From an uncultured Verrucomicrobiales bacterium (GTDB lineage: Bacteria > Verrucomicrobiota > Verrucomicrobiia > Limisphaerales > JAYPXF01), in NCBI GenBank assembly GCA_937893495.1, contig CALBIE010000591.1, positions 1-47,201 on the forward strand: a stretch of 47,201 bases of DNA, given 5' to 3'. The notes beneath the pieces are model-generated. The model was not told where the DNA came from and searched no databases. It worked only from the letters and a program-made list of their open reading frames with translations. Positions 1-7,999 of the stretch are shown piece by piece. The translations under genes were made by a program, and so were the position numbers. Within the stretch, counting starts at the first letter, position 1. Each line of letters opens with the position of its first letter.

Positions 1-1
1 T

Positions 2-490
2 GAGATTTACGTTCGCGAGGCGCGGCGACTGGAGGGACGCCATACAATCACGCAGCGCGATCTCATGCCCTTGCCCGGGTCCGTCAGAACGTCGGCTTAC
101 GCGGATGCCATCGCGATTACGGATTGGTACATGGATTCACACGCGGTCACACGGGGCAGAGCCCGTGGAAGCCTCGACGAAGGCAAGATGATGCTTCACG
201 CCGAAACCTGGCCGGGACAGATCCCTTATCGCTGCCTGTTGCCGAAGGACCTCGATAACTTGCTGGTGCCTGTTTGCCTTTCCGCCACTCACGTCGCCTG
301 GGGGGCAATTCGTCTGGAGCCAACCTGGATGCAAACCGGTGAAGCCGCTGGCTTCGCCGCCGCGCTGGCCTTGAAACAGGGCATTACGGTGGGGCAACTC
401 GATCCGGACGTGTTGGTCCGGAAACTGAAGCAGAACCAATTCCTCCTCAATTTTTACGAGCAGGCTGAAGTGTTTCGTTCACTTCCGTAA
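2..490 (+). CDS. FAD-dependent oxidoreductase, C-terminal part (5'-truncated by window edge)
   Basis: Frame is open from base 2 (EIYVREARRLEG). IPYRCLLP, NLLVPVCLSATHVAWGAIRLEPTWM and GEAAG match the FAD_oxidored family C-terminus. Confidence 0.85.
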   Translation, partial: EIYVREARRLEGRHTITQRDLMPLPGSVRTSAYADAIAITDWYMDSHAVTRGRARGSLDEGKMMLHAETWPGQIPYRCLLPKDLDNLLVPVCLSATHVAWGAIRLEPTWMQTGEAAGFAAALALKQGITVGQLDPDVLVRKLKQNQFLLNFYEQAEVFRSLP

Positions 491-621
491 CCGAGTTACG
501 TGAAAATGTGTCGAGGTGCTCCCGGTGAAGCGATTTCGAGATAGAGATTGTTGTTCGCTGCGCGGAATCGCCATAATCCGGCATGCCTTCTGAAGATTCC
601 GCCACCGGAATATCCGTGTCG

Positions 622-1629
622 ATGAGGCCAAGGTTCAGCCTGTTCAAGTGGCTGTTGCTCCTTCCTGTTCGTCTGTTGATTCTGGTCGCCTGGTTGTGGG
701 CGGCGGCGGGTTGTTACTACTTCCCCGGACTTCCGCAGAAGGTTCAGATTGTGCTCTGCGCGGCACTCGGCCTGAGCACCATCGTCATCTTCATTGTCTC
801 GCGCGGCTTCTTTCGTTTCGTGCTCTTCACGATCGGATTCGTCGCACTCGGTTTCGCGCTGGAAAGCGGAAAGGCTTCCAATGAGCACCAATGGAACCCC
901 ATGCATGCGCGCAGCCCATCGATCGTTTTTGACGGAAACATCGTCACGATTAAAAACTTTCGGAACTTCAACTATCGATCTGTCTCCGACTTTGCAGAGC
1001 AGTGGGAAGAGCGGACGATTGATTTGAACACCGTCGAGGGAGTTGATTACGTCATCCAACCTTTCGCGAAATGGCGCGGGCTCGCGCATACCTTTGTCAC
1101 CTTTCGCTTCACCGGCGGCACCAATCTAACCATCTCGGTCGAGGCGCGCCGGGAATTGGACGAGGAATATCATCCCGTGGCCGGCCTGTTTCATCACTTC
1201 GAACTTCTGTACCTGATCGGCAGCGAGAAAGACCTGATCGGTTCACGGGCAAGTATTCGCGAATATCCGATCTACTTGTTTCCGACTCGAGCCACTTCTG
1301 CGGAAGCACGAACGCTGCTCAAGGAAATGCTCGAACGTGCTCAGGCTCTCACAGTATCACCCGAGTATTACCAGACGGCGTTTAAGAATTGCACGACGAC
1401 CGTGATCGGCCATGTGAACCAGCAACGAACAAACAAGATTCGCTTTGACTGGAGGGTCTATTTACCGGGTTACGTTGATGAACTCGCATTTGAATTGGGA
1501 CTAATCGACTTCAACGGTTCGCTAAAGGAGGCTCGCCCGAAATGTCGCATTTATCGGACTGGCGGAAACGAACTGGCTGAAGCCGAATGGTCAAAAATGC
1601 TGCGTGAGCAGATAGGCCGGGTTGAGTGA
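622..1629 (+). CDS. DUF4105 / Lnb N-terminal-like membrane protein
   Basis: Three N-terminal hydrophobic helices, then NFRNFNY, AHTFVTF, SVEARRE and NCTT motifs. ATG 622 preferred over 583. Confidence 0.8.
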   Translation: MRPRFSLFKWLLLLPVRLLILVAWLWAAAGCYYFPGLPQKVQIVLCAALGLSTIVIFIVSRGFFRFVLFTIGFVALGFALESGKASNEHQWNPMHARSPSIVFDGNIVTIKNFRNFNYRSVSDFAEQWEERTIDLNTVEGVDYVIQPFAKWRGLAHTFVTFRFTGGTNLTISVEARRELDEEYHPVAGLFHHFELLYLIGSEKDLIGSRASIREYPIYLFPTRATSAEARTLLKEMLERAQALTVSPEYYQTAFKNCTTTVIGHVNQQRTNKIRFDWRVYLPGYVDELAFELGLIDFNGSLKEARPKCRIYRTGGNELAEAEWSKMLREQIGRVE

Positions 1630-1736
1630 TCATGGCATTGCCCGATGGGGGGTGGATCCACCTTTGATTGAAGTTCATCCGCGCCGCGCCTGGGCGTGGA
1701 GCGCCGGGATCCGACAGATCGCTCTCACCGAATCCG

Positions 1737-2834
1737 CTACTTCGGCAATACCAGCCCAAGGACGTCTTCGCGCGCGAACATCCACACAATGGCCGCGAGT
1801 GCAATGTAGGGACCATAGGGCAGGCGACTGGACCATTCGCGTTTCCCCAGCACGATCAGTGTGACGCCGATGATGGAACCAATGACCGCGCTCAGCATCA
1901 GGCTGAAGAGCACGGCGTTCCAGCCGAGGAATGCGCCGATCGCGGCCATGAACTTCACATCGCCCAACCCCATGGCCTCGCGCGGGAGAATCATTTCGCT
2001 GGTGCGCGCCTCCATGAAATGCACTGACTCGGGATCGAAAACCTGGTCCGCGATTTTCAATCGTCTCGGGCTGAGTTCCACGTCCACGTCCCAGAAGCAG
2101 CGATCCACTGTCTCCAGCCGGTCGGCCCGGAACCGAATGGTGTCGGAATTGCGATAGAACACCTCCCCGTATGACCGGACTTCATCCGGGAGAAACAAAT
2201 CCGTCTCCGAAAACACGACGCGAGAACCGGACTCCAGTTCGAGTTGCTCGCGTCCAAACATCAGTTTGCCCAGGCGAAGAATCGCATACACCAGTCCTCC
2301 GCCAACCACGATTCCGTAAAAACTCTGCTCCATTCCCGTTGCGGCCTTCTCCACTCCGTGCAAAGCCGGCACCAGTGCCGAGGCGATAAAACCGGCGGCA
2401 ATTCCGCCGAGAGTGATCTCGTCCGGAATGATGAAATGTTCGAAATCAATAAACGTCGCCACAATCAATCCGCCAAAGAGGATTGAGTAAGCGATTGCGA
2501 TCCCGACTGAGATATCGCCAAAGGCCAACCAGCACGACATGAATGCCACGCCGGTCAGCAGCTCGACCAGAAAGTAGCGGGCTGAGATGGCCGCATTGCA
2601 GTTCGCGCATTTGCCGCCGAGCCAGAGCCACGTGAATATCGGGATATTAAGAACGGCGGGGATGGAATATTTGCACTCCGGGCAATGTGATCTTGGTTTC
2701 ACGATGCTCATTTCACGCGGCATGCGGTGAATGCACACGTTCAGGAAGCTTCCGGCGATGGCGCCATAGACGAAAAATACCACCGTCCAGAATTGAAACG
2801 GCATCTGCGTGTAGGGACTCACCTCAGTTTCCAT
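1737..2834 (-). CDS. pilD: Prepilin peptidase (A24) with an internal insertion
   Basis: GSFLNVCIHRMP, CPEC and CANC zinc pairs, FIDFEHFIIPD and MGLGDVK aspartates, LPYGPY. Start at METEV overlaps the aroE stop. Confidence 0.93.
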   Translation of the reverse strand: METEVSPYTQMPFQFWTVVFFVYGAIAGSFLNVCIHRMPREMSIVKPRSHCPECKYSIPAVLNIPIFTWLWLGGKCANCNAAISARYFLVELLTGVAFMSCWLAFGDISVGIAIAYSILFGGLIVATFIDFEHFIIPDEITLGGIAAGFIASALVPALHGVEKAATGMEQSFYGIVVGGGLVYAILRLGKLMFGREQLELESGSRVVFSETDLFLPDEVRSYGEVFYRNSDTIRFRADRLETVDRCFWDVDVELSPRRLKIADQVFDPESVHFMEARTSEMILPREAMGLGDVKFMAAIGAFLGWNAVLFSLMLSAVIGSIIGVTLIVLGKREWSSRLPYGPYIALAAIVWMFAREDVLGLVLPK

Positions 2835-3750
2835 AAACTTCTTTCCGTAATGCCGCTCGCATGACTTCAACCGGCGCGATTCGCCCGGTCCAGATTTCCA
2901 GCGCCGCCGTGCCCTGATACAACAACATTCCCAGACCGTTGGCAGTTTGCGCGCCCGCTTCCCGCGCCCGGGCAAGGAATGGTGTTTCCGCCGGACGATA
3001 AATCATGTCGTAAACTTTCGGGGCGCCGTTGACGGAAAATCGCGATTCGTCGAGCGGTGATGCATCGCCATCTTTCAAGCCCAGCGACGTGGCGTTCAAC
3101 AGGATGTCCGCCTTTTGATCATCCGGATAGCCCGCCGTGGCGTTGACATCCGGATACGTTTCCCTGATTTCATTCTGCACCGCGACGGCTTTGCTTTCCG
3201 TACGGTTCACCAGCCGGATCGATTTCACACCCTCGGCAGCCAACCGTAAAGCAGCCACCCGTCCCGCGCCACCCGCACCCAGCAGAACCACAGTTGCTCC
3301 TTTCAATTCTGCTCCCAAATCCTCGCAGAGCGAACGAACGATTGCATCCGCATCGGTGTTGAAGCCCTTCGTTCGAATATCGCCTTCGTAATCGACCGGC
3401 AATTCTCCCAGCGAGACCCATTCACCTGCATCATCTTGCCCCTCAAAACGAATCGTGTTCACCGCTCCCCAGGTGCGGGCGCTCTCATCCAGTTCATCCA
3501 CCAGTTCATACGCCAGCAACTTGTGCGGCACGGTCAGGTTGAGGCCGATGTATTTCATCGCCTGCGCGCCGCGAATCGCCTCCGCCAGATCATCCGGATG
3601 AACGTCAAAAGCCAGGTAACGCCAGTTCAGTTCAAGCGCGACAATCCCGGCATTCTGCAGTGCCGGCGACGCCGAGTGCTTTACGGGATGTCCATATACG
3701 GCGCAAATGCGCGTCGTCGCGGAAATCGAGTTGGCAGGGCTACCGGGCAC
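2824..3750 (-). CDS. aroE: Shikimate dehydrogenase
   Basis: GHPVKHSASP, NLTVPHK, GAVNT, NTD, GAGGAG, NRT, NATSLG, DMIY, GLGMLLYQG. Confidence 0.95.
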   Translation of the reverse strand: MPGSPANSISATTRICAVYGHPVKHSASPALQNAGIVALELNWRYLAFDVHPDDLAEAIRGAQAMKYIGLNLTVPHKLLAYELVDELDESARTWGAVNTIRFEGQDDAGEWVSLGELPVDYEGDIRTKGFNTDADAIVRSLCEDLGAELKGATVVLLGAGGAGRVAALRLAAEGVKSIRLVNRTESKAVAVQNEIRETYPDVNATAGYPDDQKADILLNATSLGLKDGDASPLDESRFSVNGAPKVYDMIYRPAETPFLARAREAGAQTANGLGMLLYQGTAALEIWTGRIAPVEVMRAALRKEVYGN

Positions 3751-3877
3751 GCGCGGAAGTTAAAGGCAGCCGGAACTCCGTTCAAAGGTTTTGTTTTGAT
3801 CACTCGTCGCCGCCGATTCAGGTAGCGTGTGATTTCAATTTCTTGACGTGGCCATGGAGTAAGTGCTTAAAGGCACG

Positions 3878-6349
3878 ATGAAATCCCGCCTTACTGGCGT
3901 CTTTGTCGCCGTAGCGTTTCTCGGAACATTACTACCTGTTGAGGCGGCGGTTGTACCGATCGCTGGCAAAGCTTCATGGGCAACCGGTGTGGTCGAACCA
4001 CGTATTTCGCCGGACGGGCAATCCGTTGCGGGATCGTATCAGGGCTCGATCGCCGTAGTGTCGCTGAAGACCGGTGCCATGCGAATCCTGACACACGGGG
4101 AAGGATGGGATGTTTCCCCCGTATGGTCGCCTGATGGCAAACGCATTGCCTATATCAAGTCGCCAAACCATTCCGCCGGACGTCTGGCGATCCTTAACAC
4201 CGTCGATGGTTCTGAGGTGAAGTTGCCAGTTGCTGTTGGAACTCGAAGTCCCATCTGGTTTCACCCGGACGGTATGCGACTGCTTGGAAAACTGGCGACC
4301 CGCGGCCCCGCGGTCCGAATTTCATGGCTGGATCTCAAGACCGGCGAGGTTGAGGTTGTTAAAGGCATCGAGGACAGTTCGGGAACGCGACGGGCCACAT
4401 TCGCGCTCTCTTCGGATGGAAACTCGATATATTTCACTTCGCAATATGATCAGTCCGGCGAGCAAGGCGGCAACAATGGTCCGCAGGCCGATGTGTTTCG
4501 TATTTCGGCCGGCGGTGGTATTGCCGAGAAGCTCTTCCAATGGCCCGCCCGTATCTACAACTGCGCTGCGGCGGACAACGGGGCCGGCCTTTACATCGCG
4601 ACCGACCTTGGCACCACACACAACGACATCTGGTTTGTCCCATTTGATAAACCCAACGCGAACGCGAAAAAAATCTCCTTCGGTCAGGCCGACGAAGATT
4701 GGCCGTCGGTCTCCGTGAACGGTGACAAGATAGTCTTCACCGATAATCGCGATGGCGCGACCGGACTCGTCGTGGCGAATCCGAGAGAAAACCAGGAGGA
4801 GCGAGTCATGGTGCGTTCGATTGATTACGGGTCGGCCATCGGCAACATGCGCCTCAAGCTGGATGACCCACGCACCAGTGAGCCCTATGCCGCCCGGGTG
4901 TCCATCAAACGCAAGGACGGCAAATACTTCGCGCCGCCCGGCGCCATGTATCACATCACGGCCGGGCTCGGCTACTTCATCTCGCGCGGCGATGTCGCAA
5001 TGAGGATCCCCGTTGGCGTGTACGAAATTCGCGTCTTTCGTGGCACGGAATGGATTCCCGATCTGACGGAGGCAACCATCACAGCCAACGGCGGGCTGAC
5101 TGAACAGGTGTTTCATCCGGCCAACACCCGCTGGGTCCACATGGCAAACCGAGGCTGGTATTCCGGCGAGAATCACATCCACGCCAACTACGGTTACGGC
5201 CAGTGGTACAACACCCCGCAATCCATTCGTGACTGGGTGGAGGCCGAGGATTTGAACGTGGCGAACCTTGTCATTGGCAACTCGGACGGCGACTCGGTCT
5301 TTGACCGTTCATTCTTCCGCGGCGGCCCCGACCCGTTGTCCGATGCGGACACCATTCTCTGGTGGAACGAGGAGTTCCGCTCGACAAGTTGGGGTCACAT
5401 GACGCTGTTTCACCTGAAGCAACTCGTGGAACCCATCTTCACCGGCTTCAAAAACACGACCAACCCGCGCGACATTCCCGCCAACTACGAGATCCTGCGC
5501 CGCACGCGAATGCAGAATGGCGCGGCTGGCTACACTCATCCGACGAATAATCGCGAGGACTTTTATGACCAACCCTACTCGGCCAAGGGACTTCCGGTGG
5601 ATGTTGCGCTCGGTCTCGTCGATTGCGCGGACTTCATGGGCGTCGTTTATGAGAATGCGATTCCATACTGGTATGAACTGCTCAACGCCGGATTCCGCCT
5701 GCCCGCCTCGGCCGGCACCGATTGCTTTCTCAACCGCGCCAACTGCCTGCCGCCCGGCTGGGGCCGCGTCTATGTTCATCTGCCAGACGGACTGGACTAC
5801 GCGAAATGGGTCGAGGGCGTGAAGGCCGGCCGCTCGTTTGTGAGCAACGGCCCGGTGTTGGAATTCAGCGCGAACGCCGCTGCCATCGGCGACACCATCC
5901 GGCTCAAGCAGCCCGGCAAGGTCCGCGTCCGTGGCAAGGTCGAATCACAATTTCCGCTGGAGACACTGGAAGTCGTTCACAACGGAAAAGTCATCGCCAC
6001 CGTGAAACCCGGCCATGGACGCGCTACAACGATTGACCAGGATGTGGCCGTGACCGAAAGCGGCTGGCTGGCCGTGCGCGCCAGCGGCAAACCCGTGCGG
6101 TATTGGCCCGGTCGCTCACAAGGTGCGCATACGAATCCCATTTATTTGCAGGTCGCCGCCCAGCCGCAGAACACCAAAAAGAGCGCGGAGTATTTCCTCA
6201 AATGGATTGATCGGCTCGAAGCGCAGTTGAGGGAACGTGATCGTATTCCACCAAGCGAATGGGAAGACGTGAAGAAGCATCTGGATTTGGCGAGAGAAGT
6301 GTATCAAGGCAAGGTTTCAGCGGCGGCAAGATCCAGACTCGTCAGATGA
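3878..6349 (+). CDS. Secreted TolB-like (PD40) beta-propeller fused to a CehA/McbA-like PHP metallohydrolase domain
   Basis: Signal peptide; PRISPDG and PVWSPDGKRIAY repeats; WYSGENHIH, WGH, YTHP, SAGTD, GRVYV, GRSFVSNGP, AHTNPIY. Confidence 0.8.
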   Translation: MKSRLTGVFVAVAFLGTLLPVEAAVVPIAGKASWATGVVEPRISPDGQSVAGSYQGSIAVVSLKTGAMRILTHGEGWDVSPVWSPDGKRIAYIKSPNHSAGRLAILNTVDGSEVKLPVAVGTRSPIWFHPDGMRLLGKLATRGPAVRISWLDLKTGEVEVVKGIEDSSGTRRATFALSSDGNSIYFTSQYDQSGEQGGNNGPQADVFRISAGGGIAEKLFQWPARIYNCAAADNGAGLYIATDLGTTHNDIWFVPFDKPNANAKKISFGQADEDWPSVSVNGDKIVFTDNRDGATGLVVANPRENQEERVMVRSIDYGSAIGNMRLKLDDPRTSEPYAARVSIKRKDGKYFAPPGAMYHITAGLGYFISRGDVAMRIPVGVYEIRVFRGTEWIPDLTEATITANGGLTEQVFHPANTRWVHMANRGWYSGENHIHANYGYGQWYNTPQSIRDWVEAEDLNVANLVIGNSDGDSVFDRSFFRGGPDPLSDADTILWWNEEFRSTSWGHMTLFHLKQLVEPIFTGFKNTTNPRDIPANYEILRRTRMQNGAAGYTHPTNNREDFYDQPYSAKGLPVDVALGLVDCADFMGVVYENAIPYWYELLNAGFRLPASAGTDCFLNRANCLPPGWGRVYVHLPDGLDYAKWVEGVKAGRSFVSNGPVLEFSANAAAIGDTIRLKQPGKVRVRGKVESQFPLETLEVVHNGKVIATVKPGHGRATTIDQDVAVTESGWLAVRASGKPVRYWPGRSQGAHTNPIYLQVAAQPQNTKKSAEYFLKWIDRLEAQLRERDRIPPSEWEDVKKHLDLAREVYQGKVSAAARSRLVR

Positions 6350-6380
6350 CACTCCGAAACTCGGGGCAGAGGCACGAACG

Positions 6381-7111
6381 CTACGATTGGTCTGGCCATT
6401 GGCTGTCGGCAAAGCGAATCAGTTTATTCAGTCCGGAATCCTTCAATCTCTGGATTGGCACCAGGTCTTCCAAACGACAGGCCAGTTGCTTCAGAGCCTC
6501 TCTGACGCATCGGTCGAAGCGGAGATTTCGCAACAACTTGATTTCGTTGATGATGTCACGTTGACGGAGGAACTCCTTCCGGCCCTCGTCGATCAGGAAT
6601 TCGAGATAAGCGGGCAGGATTGAAACCAGAATTCGAAGATGTTTTTAATCCTGTCGGCCGGCCTGATTCAAGTTGATGAGATTGTGACATTTTCCCTTGA
6701 ACAGGAAGATTGGATCCATCACACGACACCGGTTGATTTCCAGACATCTCGCGCGAACCTTGCCGAGTTGGCTCACACCGATTCCCATTACGGAACCGAA
6801 AAGGTCCAGCGTCCTGGATGGGGTGCCACTGGTTTTGAAAACACCAACCTGCACATCCTCCGGCGACGTGGCGCGATGTAATCGTCCCGCAATCACCTTG
6901 TCGATGTTATCCAGGGTAGTCTTTGATACCCACAGGCACAATCCTTTGACGTGAACGGTAAAAACCGGTCGAGGCCGGAAACTCGGCCATGAAAAAACTC
7001 AGCCCACAAATTGACCGCCTGTCCGCCTTCAAGAAAATAGGGAAGGCCGGCTTCAGTCAGAGCCTGAAAACACTCCACATAATCCGCGGGAGACGTTGGT
7101 TGGGATTTCAC
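6381..7111 (-). pseudogene. Nucleotidyltransferase-fold (GGxA...TxxDxD) toxin-like gene with one frameshift and one internal stop
   Basis: Reads LEGGQAVNLW...FTSKDC, shifts frame near 6937 (TGT GC CTG TGG), continues to RQD, hits in-frame TAA 6645-6647, then runs KHLRILVSILPAYL... to TAG at 6381. Confidence 0.75.
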
Positions 7112-7296
7112 CGGCCGACAGCCCGCCGCAAATTGCTGATCTTGGCTCCCTTGAAAAAGCCACCGCTAAAAACGGAATTCTCCCGTTGAATTCGACGGCC
7201 ATCGACGCCGCGCTCAATACGCAAGTCATCGGCCCGGCGCGAACGCCGCTTTTCCATCGCCCGCCCGGCCACCCAATTGTCTTTTGCTTCAGGCAT
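7108..7296 (-). CDS. Small basic protein (62 aa), putative antitoxin/partner of the downstream nucleotidyltransferase
   Basis: GTGA overlap with the downstream gene; consensus-like promoter 8 nt upstream of the ATG. Confidence 0.65.
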   Translation of the reverse strand: MPEAKDNWVAGRAMEKRRSRRADDLRIERGVDGRRIQRENSVFSGGFFKGAKISNLRRAVGR

Positions 7297-7390
7297 TGCA
7301 GGTAAATCTAGCGCCTTGGATGGTGCCCGTCAATCCGGCAAGCCCGGCGCGGGACTGCACCAGCACGTTGGTGTCGATCACCACTCTCAT
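7289..7390 (-). pseudogene. Truncated PIN-domain toxin (N-terminal fragment)
   Basis: MRVVIDTNVLVQ is the classic PIN first strand with its catalytic Asp; the frame stops after 33 codons. Confidence 0.7.
7305..7333 (-). promoter_or_regulatory. Sigma70-type promoter, probably leaderless
   Basis: Minus strand TTGACG-17 nt-TAGATT, then 8 nt to ATG 7296. Confidence 0.65.
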
Positions 7391-7392
7391 GC

Positions 7393-7554
7393 TCAACGAA
7401 AGGGATGCCTGGTGCGGTGCGCTTGAATGGCCGCGTCGATTTGTTCTGAATCCAGCTTCCCCGCGAGTCTATCCGCATTCGCCTCCTCGGCCATCTCGGC
7501 GAAAAGACTGCGCCGTTCGAACTCCCTCAGCAACTCATGCACCGCAGTCAACAC
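7393..7554 (-). pseudogene. Antitoxin-like fragment upstream of the PIN remnant
   Basis: Helical charged frame (VLTAVHELLREFERRSLFAEMAEEA...IDAAIQAHRTRHPFR) ending 2 nt before the PIN ATG; no clear start. Confidence 0.5.
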
Positions 7555-7581
7555 AGAATCGGAGAACAGAATCCGATGACA

Positions 7582-7866
7582 TTAATATTTCCATTTCAGG
7601 CTCCAACCATAGTTGTGGCAAATCATGGCGAAAGAGATTACTGCAATCAAAATCCATGCGACCGGATGAAATCCCGCGGCCAGGTAATACACAAACGGAA
7701 AACTTGATTTTTCAATCCAACTCGGATGGACAAACATCGGATCCAACCCACGGCCCCATCTCGGCAACTGATAGCAAAGAGGAGCAATTGCAACCATTGA
7801 CACGAGCCAAAGAAGAAAATTGATCAAGATCTTCGGTGGTTGAGGGTCTGCTTCATCTTCCTTCAT
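7582..7866 (-). CDS. Small hypothetical membrane protein (2 TM)
   Basis: Two hydrophobic segments in AT-richer DNA; start uncertain (7866 or 7950). Confidence 0.45.
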   Translation of the reverse strand: MKEDEADPQPPKILINFLLWLVSMVAIAPLCYQLPRWGRGLDPMFVHPSWIEKSSFPFVYYLAAGFHPVAWILIAVISFAMICHNYGWSLKWKY

Positions 7867-7999
7867 CAGTTCCAAAGTCCAGCGTTCGAAAATATCCCTG
7901 TGCACCGCTAAAGGCAACAAGTCAATATTCAGATAGCCCCCGCTTTCCAATTTCTTTTTCCTTTGGATTCACGGAGGGCCTTTGAGACATTGACCGCCC

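Noticed and set aside
1690-1720. GGAGCGCCGG half-REP between convergent genes
   Set aside because: Matches the start of the 8696-8718 element but lacks the second arm; too short to support.
7284-7823. 179-aa plus-strand ORF
   Set aside because: Not protein-like; the minus strand carries recognisable TA fragments.
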